DNA of 13,222 bases from a virus (taxonomy: Duplodnaviria; Heunggongvirae; Uroviricota; Caudoviricetes), in IMG/VR virus record IMGVR_UViG_2654588181_000002, positions 1 through 13,222 of that record, one strand, 5' to 3'. A model generated the notes under the pieces. It searched no databases. It was not told the DNA's origin and saw only the letters and a list, made by a program, of their open reading frames with translations. Positions 1-6,175 of this stretch are shown here, piece by piece (position 1 is the stretch's first letter; every line of letters starts with the position of its first letter). The translations under genes were made by a program, and so were the position numbers.

Positions 1-315
1 GATAATGGTTCATGCTACCGGGCTAATGAAACACGGCAGTTTGCCCGGATGTTGGGGCTTGAACCGAAGAACACGGCGGTGCGGAGTCCGGAGAGTAACG
101 GCATAGCAGAGAGCTTCGTGAAAACGATAAAGCGTGACTACATCAGTATCATGCCTAAACCAGACGGGTTAACGGCAGCAAAGAACCTTGCAGAGGCGTT
201 CGAGCATTATAACGAATGGCATCCGCATAGTGCACTGGGTTATCGCTCGCCACGGGAATATCTGCGGCAGCAGGCCAGTAATGGGTTAAGTGATAACAGG
301 TGTCTGGAAATATAG
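1..315 (+). CDS. insD: IS2 OrfB/InsD-type transposase, C-terminal fragment (5' end outside window)
   Basis: Translation from position 1: [104 protein letters not shown]. Recognised from memory as the IS2 InsD C-terminus. The ORF track lists only the internal Met at 49. Confidence 0.8.
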   Translation, partial: DNGSCYRANETRQFARMLGLEPKNTAVRSPESNGIAESFVKTIKRDYISIMPKPDGLTAAKNLAEAFEHYNEWHPHSALGYRSPREYLRQQASNGLSDNRCLEI

Positions 316-326
316 GGGCAAATCCA
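1..326 (+). mobile_element. IS2-like (IS3 family) insertion sequence, 3' portion only; the outer terminal inverted repeat appears to be missing
   Basis: Frame 1 is open from position 1 to TAG 313-315 and encodes the C-terminus of an IS3-family DDE transposase (...[17 protein letters not shown]...). After GGGCAAATCCA (316-326) the sequence becomes AT-rich and unrelated to the IS2 terminal repeat as I recall it (no ...TTAAGTGATA...GGGGGCCAGTCTA). Confidence 0.7.
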
Positions 327-443
327 TTTAGAGCTATATTCTAGAGTATATGAGATACTATAAAGTTGAAGGAGCTATCATTAGAAAAACCATATGCTGC
401 TATAATTAGATGTCTCGCTTTTCATCCAATAACGAATTTTCTC

Positions 444-851
444 TTATAGATTGCTCTCTGGTTTTTTCGGCCACTCTGTATTTTTTATATCAACACGCAT
501 CAATAGTGCGCGATATTTTTTCCATGCCAGTAACAGTTTCGTTTCATCATCTGTTGCCATATCTAAATCAACCGCATCCTGAAGCGGTGCTATTACATTC
601 GTTGCCTCTGCTATCAGTGCAGATTTCTTTTCATTATTTATTAAGGCTAATTGTTCTGGTGTTGGAGAAGGACGGTCAACAATGACAGGGTGACCATTCT
701 CACCACAGGTAATCATTTTTGTTACACTCTGCGAATTAATCAGTGTTTTCCACTCTGATTCCGAGATTTCCACTGCATCATCAGGAATATTGGTGCCGTG
801 AAATTCAGTCGAATAAAATCCGTTTGTCGATGCAGAATAAAAATATGACAT
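444..851 (-). CDS. phage tail fibre assembly protein (Tfa family chaperone)
   Basis: C-terminal region ...IAPLQDAVDLDMATDDETKLLLAWKKYRALLMRVDIKNTEWPKKPE is the characteristic Tfa C-terminal domain. Start placed at the ATG at 849-851 (MSYFYSASTNGFY...) rather than ORF-track 947, because the upstream extension overlaps the tail-fibre gene in another frame. The upstream gene stops at 856-858. Confidence 0.8.
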   Translation of the reverse strand: MSYFYSASTNGFYSTEFHGTNIPDDAVEISESEWKTLINSQSVTKMITCGENGHPVIVDRPSPTPEQLALINNEKKSALIAEATNVIAPLQDAVDLDMATDDETKLLLAWKKYRALLMRVDIKNTEWPKKPESNL

Positions 852-855
852 TTCG

Positions 856-1506
856 TTAATATCCCATTGCAATGTAATACGCATCAGCAGATGAACCATA
901 TCCTGAACCGGGCGACACTGTAATATCAAATCCAGTGTTATGGACATTTGTCGCCGATACAGTCGGCTGCCCTGACGCGCCAGTAACGTTCAATGTAACT
1001 GTGACAGCAAGGACTCTTGAGAATGTCATCGGGAACCTCATCCCGTATGTTGAAGATACATTAGGGGAGCCATTCAACTGACCGCACTGTAAAATTAATC
1101 CAGACGGAAATTTTTGCGCAGCAGCCGTTGCGGTATTACTTGACGCGAACAGGCTCATATCAGGTATCTGATTCGCCCCTGTACCTACATTCCTTTTAGC
1201 CGCTTCTCCCAAACCAAGGTTTTCGAGAGCCGTTTGCACAGTGCCATCCGATTTGATATCGCCAAACGGATTCTTGCGGCTTAACAACAGCGCACGAAGC
1301 GCGGTAAGCAGCTGGTCATGCCGCCCCTTCTCCAGGCTGGCACCGGATGCCTCCACCACGCTGCAAAGCTCCTCCTGCAACATGTCAAAGTAGTCATCAT
1401 CCAGATCGGTGGCAGGTGTGCCGGTCTGGGGGTTACCACGGGTAAAACCGTTCTTACCCGCGCCGAACTTATCCTTCTGCGCGGTTTTGGTGTCTATACG
1501 ATGCAT
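856..1506 (-). CDS. phage tail fibre protein (short receptor-binding type, Stf-like)
   Basis: 216 aa. N-terminus [55 protein letters not shown]... and a Gly/Ser/Thr-rich C-terminus resemble short side-tail-fibre proteins of E. coli defective prophages (memory-based). It is immediately followed by a Tfa gene, the canonical stf-tfa arrangement. Confidence 0.6.
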   Translation of the reverse strand: MHRIDTKTAQKDKFGAGKNGFTRGNPQTGTPATDLDDDYFDMLQEELCSVVEASGASLEKGRHDQLLTALRALLLSRKNPFGDIKSDGTVQTALENLGLGEAAKRNVGTGANQIPDMSLFASSNTATAAAQKFPSGLILQCGQLNGSPNVSSTYGMRFPMTFSRVLAVTVTLNVTGASGQPTVSATNVHNTGFDITVSPGSGYGSSADAYYIAMGY

Positions 1507-1808
1507 GGATTACTCCGGATACCCCCTAGTGAATCTCCTGCACCATCAAGATGAAGGAGATAGATATTACTTGAGTTACCTTTTTCACCTTTCCGGGTGA
1601 CTTTTTTTACCAGCCCGGAATCACAAAGGGCCGCAATATGATTCATCACAGAACGTTTGCTAATCTCGCACTGGTCAGCAATATGCTGGTAGCTGGGCCA
1701 GCACTCACCCTGATCGCTGGCATTATCAGCCAGCTTGATCAGAACCAGTTTTCGCAATGGATTACCCACTCGAATTTTCATCGCTTTAACCATCAGCTCC
1801 ATACTCAT
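1494..1808 (-). CDS. small winged-helix/HTH DNA-binding protein (phage replication-initiator N-terminal-like, possibly truncated)
   Basis: 104 aa. Motif ...[47 protein letters not shown]... looks like the HTH N-terminal domain of phage replisome-organiser proteins. ATGA start/stop overlap with the upstream gene (1805-1808). The 3' end overlaps the tail-fibre start by 13 nt. Confidence 0.55.
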   Translation of the reverse strand: MSMELMVKAMKIRVGNPLRKLVLIKLADNASDQGECWPSYQHIADQCEISKRSVMNHIAALCDSGLVKKVTRKGEKGNSSNIYLLHLDGAGDSLGGIRSNPCIV

Positions 1809-2041
1809 GCTGCACCTCCGAGATGCTTCATGTTTTTTCCGGAGCGAAAGGCTATAAGCGGCATACTGACGCGGTAATTACGGCCCAGCGGTTCACAAAT
1901 CACCTTCTGACATTCACGGTCAACCAGGCTGACACGTAGAACATGCCCTGCTGGCGTGGTGTACCACTGCCCAACTGTGGGTGTTGATATTTTTTTACGC
2001 TGAAATAAACGGTAAATGTTGAGGAGCAACGGATTAAGCAT
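1805..2041 (-). CDS. hypothetical small protein (78 aa)
   Basis: ORF whose start overlaps the upstream stop (ATG 2039-2041, upstream TAA 2034-2036) and whose stop overlaps the next start (ATGA at 1805-1808), suggesting translational coupling within one operon. No family recognised. Confidence 0.4.
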   Translation of the reverse strand: MLNPLLLNIYRLFQRKKISTPTVGQWYTTPAGHVLRVSLVDRECQKVICEPLGRNYRVSMPLIAFRSGKNMKHLGGAA

Positions 2042-2870
2042 GACGATGCCCTCCGCTGATATTCAGGAGACGGTGAATATGAAAATTAGCCTTATCCGCC
2101 AGACGAATACGTTCAGCTTGCAAGTTAAGAAGGGTTTCTACCAGAACCTGATGTGCCTGCGGATCCGAAAGAGTTACCTTGCGCAGAGCACGTAGTGCAG
2201 CTGTTACATAACTGAGTTTATGTAAGTCTTCATCATTCAGACGAGTGAGGGCTGGGACAGTAGCCATGATGGCAGCCTCCTTGATCGGTGAAATACTTCC
2301 ACCACCGGAAACGCCAATTTCGCTGGTGGTGAACTGAACGGGGTTGGCGTAACCGGTGATCAAGGAAACCGGCGCATCTTTCGATGCCCCCGCCCAGCCC
2401 ACCATAACTTTGATGTGAGCAAATGCGGACGATAAAAAAGACGCTGGCGCGTCATATATCGCCTTGATCAATTCCAGGACGCCAATCCCGGCACCCGCTT
2501 TATAAGGTGCCTGAACAGTGTAACGTCCCGGAATGGCAGAATCAATGTGCTGGTGGTCCTTCACACTCAACAAAATCACGCCTGAATTTCCACAAAGGGC
2601 TAAAGCACTCATGCGGGTAGTCTTTGCGAAGATAGATAACGCGCTGTGTTTCTGGCTCCCAACGAATAACATGAACATAAAGTCCTCTTCCGTCACGAAA
2701 CCAGCGGTTAAGTTCCTGCACAACTCGCCCCCCACAGTCAGGTAAAGTTCTCTGTGGTTACTTACAGCCAGGAGATTTGGTAATCTGCATTCATGCCGTA
2801 ACAACAGGTGTTCAGCGACGCTGACCACCAGCTGTTGCGACAAACGGTTATTTGCCGTTAAACTGTTCAT
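2034..2870 (-). CDS. hypothetical protein (278 aa) in the lambdoid replication-gene position; function unknown
   Basis: Long ORF with ATGA overlap to the upstream CII-like gene (2867-2870). No Walker A/P-loop, no N-terminal HTH and no other motif I can assign. Confidence 0.6.
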   Translation of the reverse strand: MNSLTANNRLSQQLVVSVAEHLLLRHECRLPNLLAVSNHRELYLTVGGELCRNLTAGFVTEEDFMFMLFVGSQKHSALSIFAKTTRMSALALCGNSGVILLSVKDHQHIDSAIPGRYTVQAPYKAGAGIGVLELIKAIYDAPASFLSSAFAHIKVMVGWAGASKDAPVSLITGYANPVQFTTSEIGVSGGGSISPIKEAAIMATVPALTRLNDEDLHKLSYVTAALRALRKVTLSDPQAHQVLVETLLNLQAERIRLADKANFHIHRLLNISGGHRHA

Positions 2871-3436
2871 GCGTTAGTTTCTCCACAACCAGAAGCAATC
2901 GACGCCACGACGCCCGGAGCTGCACACTCGCGGGCGTCATTACTTTCTGAAATGCAAAAGATTTTGTAGACCAGTGCTGCATGCTCCTGCAGCTTCGAAA
3001 TTGAGAGATACAGCTCGTCGTTAATTGCTGTCTTCTCATGCGGTTCCACTACACCGTCTTCGATTGCTGAACGAATCTGTTTTGAATAACTGCCGATCTG
3101 TTCAATGACTTCCAGCAGACGCTGGTTAATATCGGCGTTGTCCACATCCTCGACGTCAGGAAGAGACACAAAGACGCCATTTGCAGACTGCGCCACAGCG
3201 TCAGCAATGAAGTGAGTTCCACCAGCACGTTGCAAAATCATTGCCCATCCCAGCGGGAAAATCTGATCGCCATCGGCACGAAGGCGGTTAAATAATGCGT
3301 TCTCTGTTACATCCAGCCAGTCAGCTGCTTCAGCGTAACCACCCGGCAACTTTGCGATAGTTTTTCTGACAGCTTTCACGTACCACTCAGGCTGTTTTTC
3401 TACTTTCCAGTGATGCTTACCCACGGTTAGCCTCAT
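2867..3436 (-). CDS. phage CII-like regulatory protein (YmfL/YdaT-like)
   Basis: 189 aa, immediately downstream of the Cro-like gene on the same strand, in the cII position of a lambdoid immunity region. Resembles the e14 YmfL / Rac YdaT group (memory-based). No obvious Shine-Dalgarno upstream of the ATG at 3434-3436. Confidence 0.6.
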   Translation of the reverse strand: MRLTVGKHHWKVEKQPEWYVKAVRKTIAKLPGGYAEAADWLDVTENALFNRLRADGDQIFPLGWAMILQRAGGTHFIADAVAQSANGVFVSLPDVEDVDNADINQRLLEVIEQIGSYSKQIRSAIEDGVVEPHEKTAINDELYLSISKLQEHAALVYKIFCISESNDARECAAPGVVASIASGCGETNA

Positions 3437-3467
3437 CGTTCTGTGGTTAAAAATTGAAAGTGTTCTG

Positions 3468-3668
3468 CTAATCTTTCGGATAGATATCCGGTCTTAAGTC
3501 AGATTTCGTAATTGCACCTGACGTGCATTGCTCAAGTTTTTTAGCCAGCACAAAACTGGCTTTTTTATAGCCATTGAAAACCAGCCGTAAGTAGCCAGGT
3601 GTTGAGCCAACTTTTCCGGCCAACTCGCCCTGCTGTTCTTTGGTTAAAGAGTCCCAATACGCTTTCAT
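3468..3668 (-). CDS. Cro-like HTH regulator (YdaS/CroE-like)
   Basis: 66-aa product MKAYWDSLTKEQQGELAGKVGSTPGYLRLVFNGYKKASFVLAKKLEQCTSGAITKSDLRPDIYPKD, divergent from the CI-like gene. GGAGG lies 10 nt upstream of the chosen ATG (3666-3668). The longer ORF-track version (to 3971) would overlap the repressor gene and is rejected. Confidence 0.7.
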   Translation of the reverse strand: MKAYWDSLTKEQQGELAGKVGSTPGYLRLVFNGYKKASFVLAKKLEQCTSGAITKSDLRPDIYPKD

Positions 3669-3670
3669 AC

Positions 3671-3758
3671 AATATGTACCTCCGGTGTACATATTACATG
3701 ATTGAAATGAACCTTCAAGATACTTGTACCTTAACGGTACAAGAGTTTTAATTTCGTT
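3671..3758. promoter_or_regulatory. divergent immunity-switch control region: two inverted-repeat operators plus candidate pR (minus) and pRM (plus) promoters
   Basis: Operator 1 is AATATGTAC-N7-GTACATATT (3671-3695, perfect 9-bp arms). Operator 2 is CTTGTACC-TTAAC-GGTACAAG (3723-3743, perfect 8-bp arms). Candidate pR on minus strand: -35 TTGAAG (3719..3714), 17-bp spacer, -10 TAATAT (3696..3691), overlapping operator 1. Candidate pRM on plus strand: -35 TTGTAC (3724-3729), 17-bp spacer, -10 TTTAAT (3747-3752), ending about 7 nt before the repressor ATG. Confidence 0.6.
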
Positions 3759-4433
3759 ATGAAAACAATCCATGACATCCGGCGGTCTAACGCCAGAAAA
3801 CTGAGAGATGGTGTTGGCGGGAATTCTTCCTTTGCCACTATGATTGATCGCGAGCCAACCCAGACCAGCAGGTTTATGGGAGATGGTGCTACTAAAAATA
3901 TCGGTGACAGCATGGCACGACACATCGAAAAATGTTTCGACCTGCCTGTCGGATGGCTCGATCAAGAACACCAGACAACGAACATCACAAAAAAACCTGA
4001 TGTTTCAATCACTAATAAACAAATCACATTAGTCCCTGTCATATCATGGGTACAGGCCGGAGCATGGAAAGAAGTTGGATATTCTGAGGTTGATTTGAGC
4101 ACAGCAGAAACGTATCCCTGCCCTGTACCCTGTGGGGAAATGACTTATATCTTGCGGGTGATAGGTGATTCAATGATTGATGAGTACCGCCCGGGAGACA
4201 TGATTTTTGTCGATCCTGAAGTACCTGCCTGCCACGGTGACGACGTTATTGCATTGATGCACGATACAGGTGAAACCACCTTCAAAAGGTTGATAGAAGA
4301 TGGGACACAGCGTTATCTCAAAGCGTTAAACCCAAACTGGCCTGAGCCTTACATTAAGATCAACGGTAATTGCTCTATAATTGGTACAGTGATTTTCTCA
4401 GGAAAACCAAGAAGATACAAAATCAAAGCCTAA
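3759..4433 (+). CDS. CI-like prophage repressor (HTH + LexA-like S24 autopeptidase domain; CohE-like)
   Basis: 224 aa with an N-terminal HTH region and a C-terminal S24-type domain (VIGDSM... and FKRL Ser/Lys dyad context). Divergent from the Cro-like gene, and no Shine-Dalgarno before the ATG, consistent with a leaderless pRM transcript. Confidence 0.9.
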   Translation: MKTIHDIRRSNARKLRDGVGGNSSFATMIDREPTQTSRFMGDGATKNIGDSMARHIEKCFDLPVGWLDQEHQTTNITKKPDVSITNKQITLVPVISWVQAGAWKEVGYSEVDLSTAETYPCPVPCGEMTYILRVIGDSMIDEYRPGDMIFVDPEVPACHGDDVIALMHDTGETTFKRLIEDGTQRYLKALNPNWPEPYIKINGNCSIIGTVIFSGKPRRYKIKA

Positions 4434-4444
4434 TCAATGTTTAT

Positions 4445-4468
4445 GAACCTGCTTCGGCAGGTTTTTTT
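4445..4468 (+). terminator. intrinsic terminator downstream of the repressor gene
   Basis: ACCTGC-TTCG-GCAGGT hairpin (4447-4462, UUCG tetraloop) followed by a run of seven T (4462-4468), 12 nt after the repressor stop. Confidence 0.75.
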
Positions 4469-4472
4469 ATAC

Positions 4473-4505
4473 TTGACAATGTACCTTTGAGATACATAAT
4501 GTACC
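4473..4505 (+). promoter_or_regulatory. candidate early-left promoter (pL-like) with repressor half-sites
   Basis: -35 TTGACA (4473-4478), 16-bp spacer, -10 CATAAT (4495-4500). The ATGTACC motif occurs twice (4480-4486 and 4499-5505 region, second copy at 4499-4505), sharing the GTAC core of the operators at 3671-3743. Confidence 0.6.
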
Positions 4506-4582
4506 CAAGCGAAACAACGAACAGGCAGGACGCCCACGAAGTAGCCGCCTGGGGCATATGAAGTCCAGGATGATTCGTTAGC

Positions 4583-4608
4583 AACAAAAAAGCGCCTACA
4601 GGACGCTT
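4583..4608 (-). terminator. candidate intrinsic terminator on the minus strand, downstream of the 4845-5279 gene
   Basis: Minus strand reads AAGCGTC-CTGTA-GGCGCTT followed by TTTTGTTGC (plus coordinates 4590-4608 for the hairpin, A-run 4586-4591). It lies about 240 nt beyond the minus-strand gene's stop and inside the 5' leader of the plus-strand 68-aa gene. Confidence 0.45.
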
Positions 4609-4666
4609 AGCTCTTTAACAATCTGGTCCCCATCAACAAGTAACTGATAACTTGAGGAGATGTGAA

Positions 4667-4873
4667 ATGCACAAAACAGAACCCAAAATCGTCGCGCCTG
4701 GCTACACAGATGAGGAAATTTATGAGTGGATGACAAAGAAGCTGGCAGCTATAAACCAGCTTCGTGAAGTGCTGTCTTATCGACAGGAAACAATAGACTC
4801 CTTAAAAAAACTGGATCAGGAAATCACGGTTTTATCACAGGATGTTACTTTAGATATTGTGCAGACAAATTAG
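4667..4873 (+). CDS. hypothetical small acidic, predicted coiled-coil protein (68 aa), first gene after pL
   Basis: ATG at 4667 preceded by GAGGAG (4655-4660); the ORF-track 4652 start would be a TTG. Product MHKTEPKIVAPGYTDEEIYEWMTKKLAAINQLREVLSYRQETIDSLKKLDQEITVLSQDVTLDIVQTN. Not N-like (not Arg-rich). The 3' end overlaps the convergent minus-strand gene by 29 nt. Confidence 0.5.
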   Translation: MHKTEPKIVAPGYTDEEIYEWMTKKLAAINQLREVLSYRQETIDSLKKLDQEITVLSQDVTLDIVQTN

Positions 4874-5279
4874 GATCCCATTCATTTTCGTCAAAATCAT
4901 CAAAGTGATGAATTTGTGATCTCCAGTCTCGATAATCTAAAAATTTCTGGGCGGTTACGCTTATTTTATCAAGTGTGAGTTCATCCTGAATTGAAAGAAG
5001 AAGTTCATCAAATTTCATCTCATTAATCTGTTTTGGCATCCAGTGATGCTTCATCAGAATAAGGTGAACCAGAGCCTTTTTCCCATTCAACTGATTATAG
5101 GGAGTGCCGAATTTCTTCCGGTGCTCATGTAAGACAAGGTCCAAAAGAGTAAGTAATGTTGCCCTTGATTCAACTTTGCTTATTTCGACTGATGACACTA
5201 CCCCACTGATTTCAATGCCCCGATACTTTCCAACATTTTCACAGTGGGATTTGTACAGCGTATAGATATTACCGGACAT
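4845..5279 (-). CDS. hypothetical protein (144 aa), AT-rich antisense 'moron' gene; function unknown
   Basis: Clean 144-codon ORF opposite to all neighbouring early-left genes, visibly more AT-rich than its flanks, with an AGGA-like RBS upstream of the ATG (5277-5279) and its own candidate terminator. No family recognised. Confidence 0.6.
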   Translation of the reverse strand: MSGNIYTLYKSHCENVGKYRGIEISGVVSSVEISKVESRATLLTLLDLVLHEHRKKFGTPYNQLNGKKALVHLILMKHHWMPKQINEMKFDELLLSIQDELTLDKISVTAQKFLDYRDWRSQIHHFDDFDENEWDPNLSAQYLK

Positions 5280-5294
5280 TTCTTTTCCTTTTGC

Positions 5295-5343
5295 GTTGTT
5301 GGGGATAACCAGATTAACCGAATCCTTGTTGTTGGGGAATAAC
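5295..5343. repeat. two direct copies of GTTGTTGGGGA(A)TAAC, 33 bp apart, just upstream of the 4845-5279 gene
   Basis: 5295-5309 GTTGTTGGGGATAAC and 5328-5343 GTTGTTGGGGAATAAC. Position fits a regulator binding site or promoter element for the minus-strand gene. Confidence 0.4.
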
Positions 5344-5605
5344 TAGGTCCACCTCGCCTGATGTGGCTAAAAGCAGGCACATAACAGCTAAGTATTTTCA
5401 ACCAGAGAGAATCCTTAGCGTTGTGGTGAATGCGGCTCAGCGCACGCGGGTTAAGGTTGAGGCTGACAGTCGACCTTCTGTGGATACCCACCCGCCTGGT
5501 GTGCAACCTTCGCCAGGCACCGGGAGGCACCCGGCACCACAACTTTATGCTGTGTGTAGTCTTGGCGGTACCAGCTTGTACCCTTGCTTCCGGCTGGTAC
5601 CGTCC

Positions 5606-5704
5606 TTTTTACAAAACAGAGAAGAGCATCACCGGACGACGGGCTCATAACCCAATCCATCCGGGCGGCAGTCACCGCAGGTGTTCTTCTCTGTTTTGTG
5701 GAGA
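5606..5704. other. long imperfect palindrome / stem-loop within a GC-rich non-coding block
   Basis: Perfect 14-bp inverted repeat ACAAAACAGAGAAG (5611-5624) / CTTCTCTGTTTTGT (5686-5699), extendable with wobbles to about 20 bp, enclosing a ~49-nt GC-rich loop. No flanking U-run on either strand, so not a classical terminator. Confidence 0.4.
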
Positions 5705-5747
5705 AACTAACCGACCTTGCAGGGTCGATATGATGAGGAGCAGCAAA

Positions 5748-6110
5748 ATGGCTAGCGAACGCAGTACTGATGTGCAGGCATTTATCGGGGAGCTGGACGG
5801 CGGCGTATTTGAAACCAAAATCGGCGCAGTTCTCAGTGAAGTCGCTTCCGGTGTGATGAACACGAAAACCAAAGGTAAGGTCTCGCTCAACCTAGAAATC
5901 GAACCGTTTGATGAGAACCGAGTGAAAATCAAACACAAACTCTCATATGTTCGCCCGACTAACCGCGGGAAAATTTCCGAAGAAGACACCACCGAAACGC
6001 CGATGTATGTCAATCGCGGTGGTCGCCTGACTATTCTGCAGGAAGACCAGGGACAGTTGCTGACTCTTGCCGGTGAACCTGACGGAAAACTCCGCGCAGC
6101 AGGTCGTTAA
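5748..6110 (+). CDS. YfdP-like prophage protein (120 aa), function unknown
   Basis: Start at ATG 5748 (MASERSTDVQAFIGELDGG...) preceded by GAGGAG (5735-5740). The ORF-track extension back to 5430 translates to Arg/Cys/His-rich sequence typical of GC-rich non-coding DNA and is rejected. First gene of a block recalled as the CPS-53 yfdPQRST-like cluster. Confidence 0.65.
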   Translation: MASERSTDVQAFIGELDGGVFETKIGAVLSEVASGVMNTKTKGKVSLNLEIEPFDENRVKIKHKLSYVRPTNRGKISEEDTTETPMYVNRGGRLTILQEDQGQLLTLAGEPDGKLRAAGR

Positions 6111-6175
6111 TATCGTTTTTAATTAACTGATTATTTATCTCATCACTGAATATCTTTATATAGTGAGGACTTATT

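Noticed and set aside
852-947. 167-aa long form of the tail fibre assembly gene (start at 947)
   Set aside because: The extra 32 codons overlap the tail-fibre gene's 3' end in another frame. The Tfa-typical N-terminus begins at the internal Met (849-851).
410-3039. Plus-strand ORFs antisense to the minus-strand operon (410-685, 1318-1554, 1409-1600, 1638-1877, 2533-2745) and minus-strand ORF 2848-3039
   Set aside because: Each is embedded in a longer, better-supported gene on the other strand or in another frame, and none has a convincing start context.
3669-3971. 167-aa minus-strand ORF (3468-3971) as a long Cro-like protein
   Set aside because: Its upstream 101 codons run antisense through the operator region and into the repressor gene. 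The internal ATG at 3668 has an RBS and yields a 66-aa Cro-sized HTH protein.
4370-4561. 63-aa plus-strand ORF spanning the repressor 3' end, terminator and pL-like promoter
   Set aside because: It overlaps the repressor gene and runs through a terminator hairpin and promoter; no RBS; compositionally unremarkable.
4609-4660. Lambda-style nut site (boxA/boxB) downstream of the pL-like promoter
   Set aside because: GCTCTTTAA at 4610-4618 loosely resembles boxA (CGCTCTTA), but no boxB-like hairpin follows and the first gene is not an N-like Arg-rich protein.
5606-5704. Retron non-coding RNA (msr/msd) suggested by the long inverted repeats in the GC-rich block
   Set aside because: Retron ncRNAs are followed by a reverse-transcriptase gene on the same strand. 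No ORF in the window has an RT-like size or a YxDD motif; the downstream genes are the small yfdP/Q/R/S/T-like proteins.
5430-5747. Longer 226-aa form of the yfdP-like gene, and overlapping ORFs 5198-5542(-), 5363-5650(+), 5451-5675(-)
   Set aside because: All translate to Arg/Cys/His/Pro-rich low-complexity sequence typical of GC-rich non-coding DNA, lack ribosome-binding sites, and overlap each other in several frames. A strong RBS plus ATG is present at 5748.
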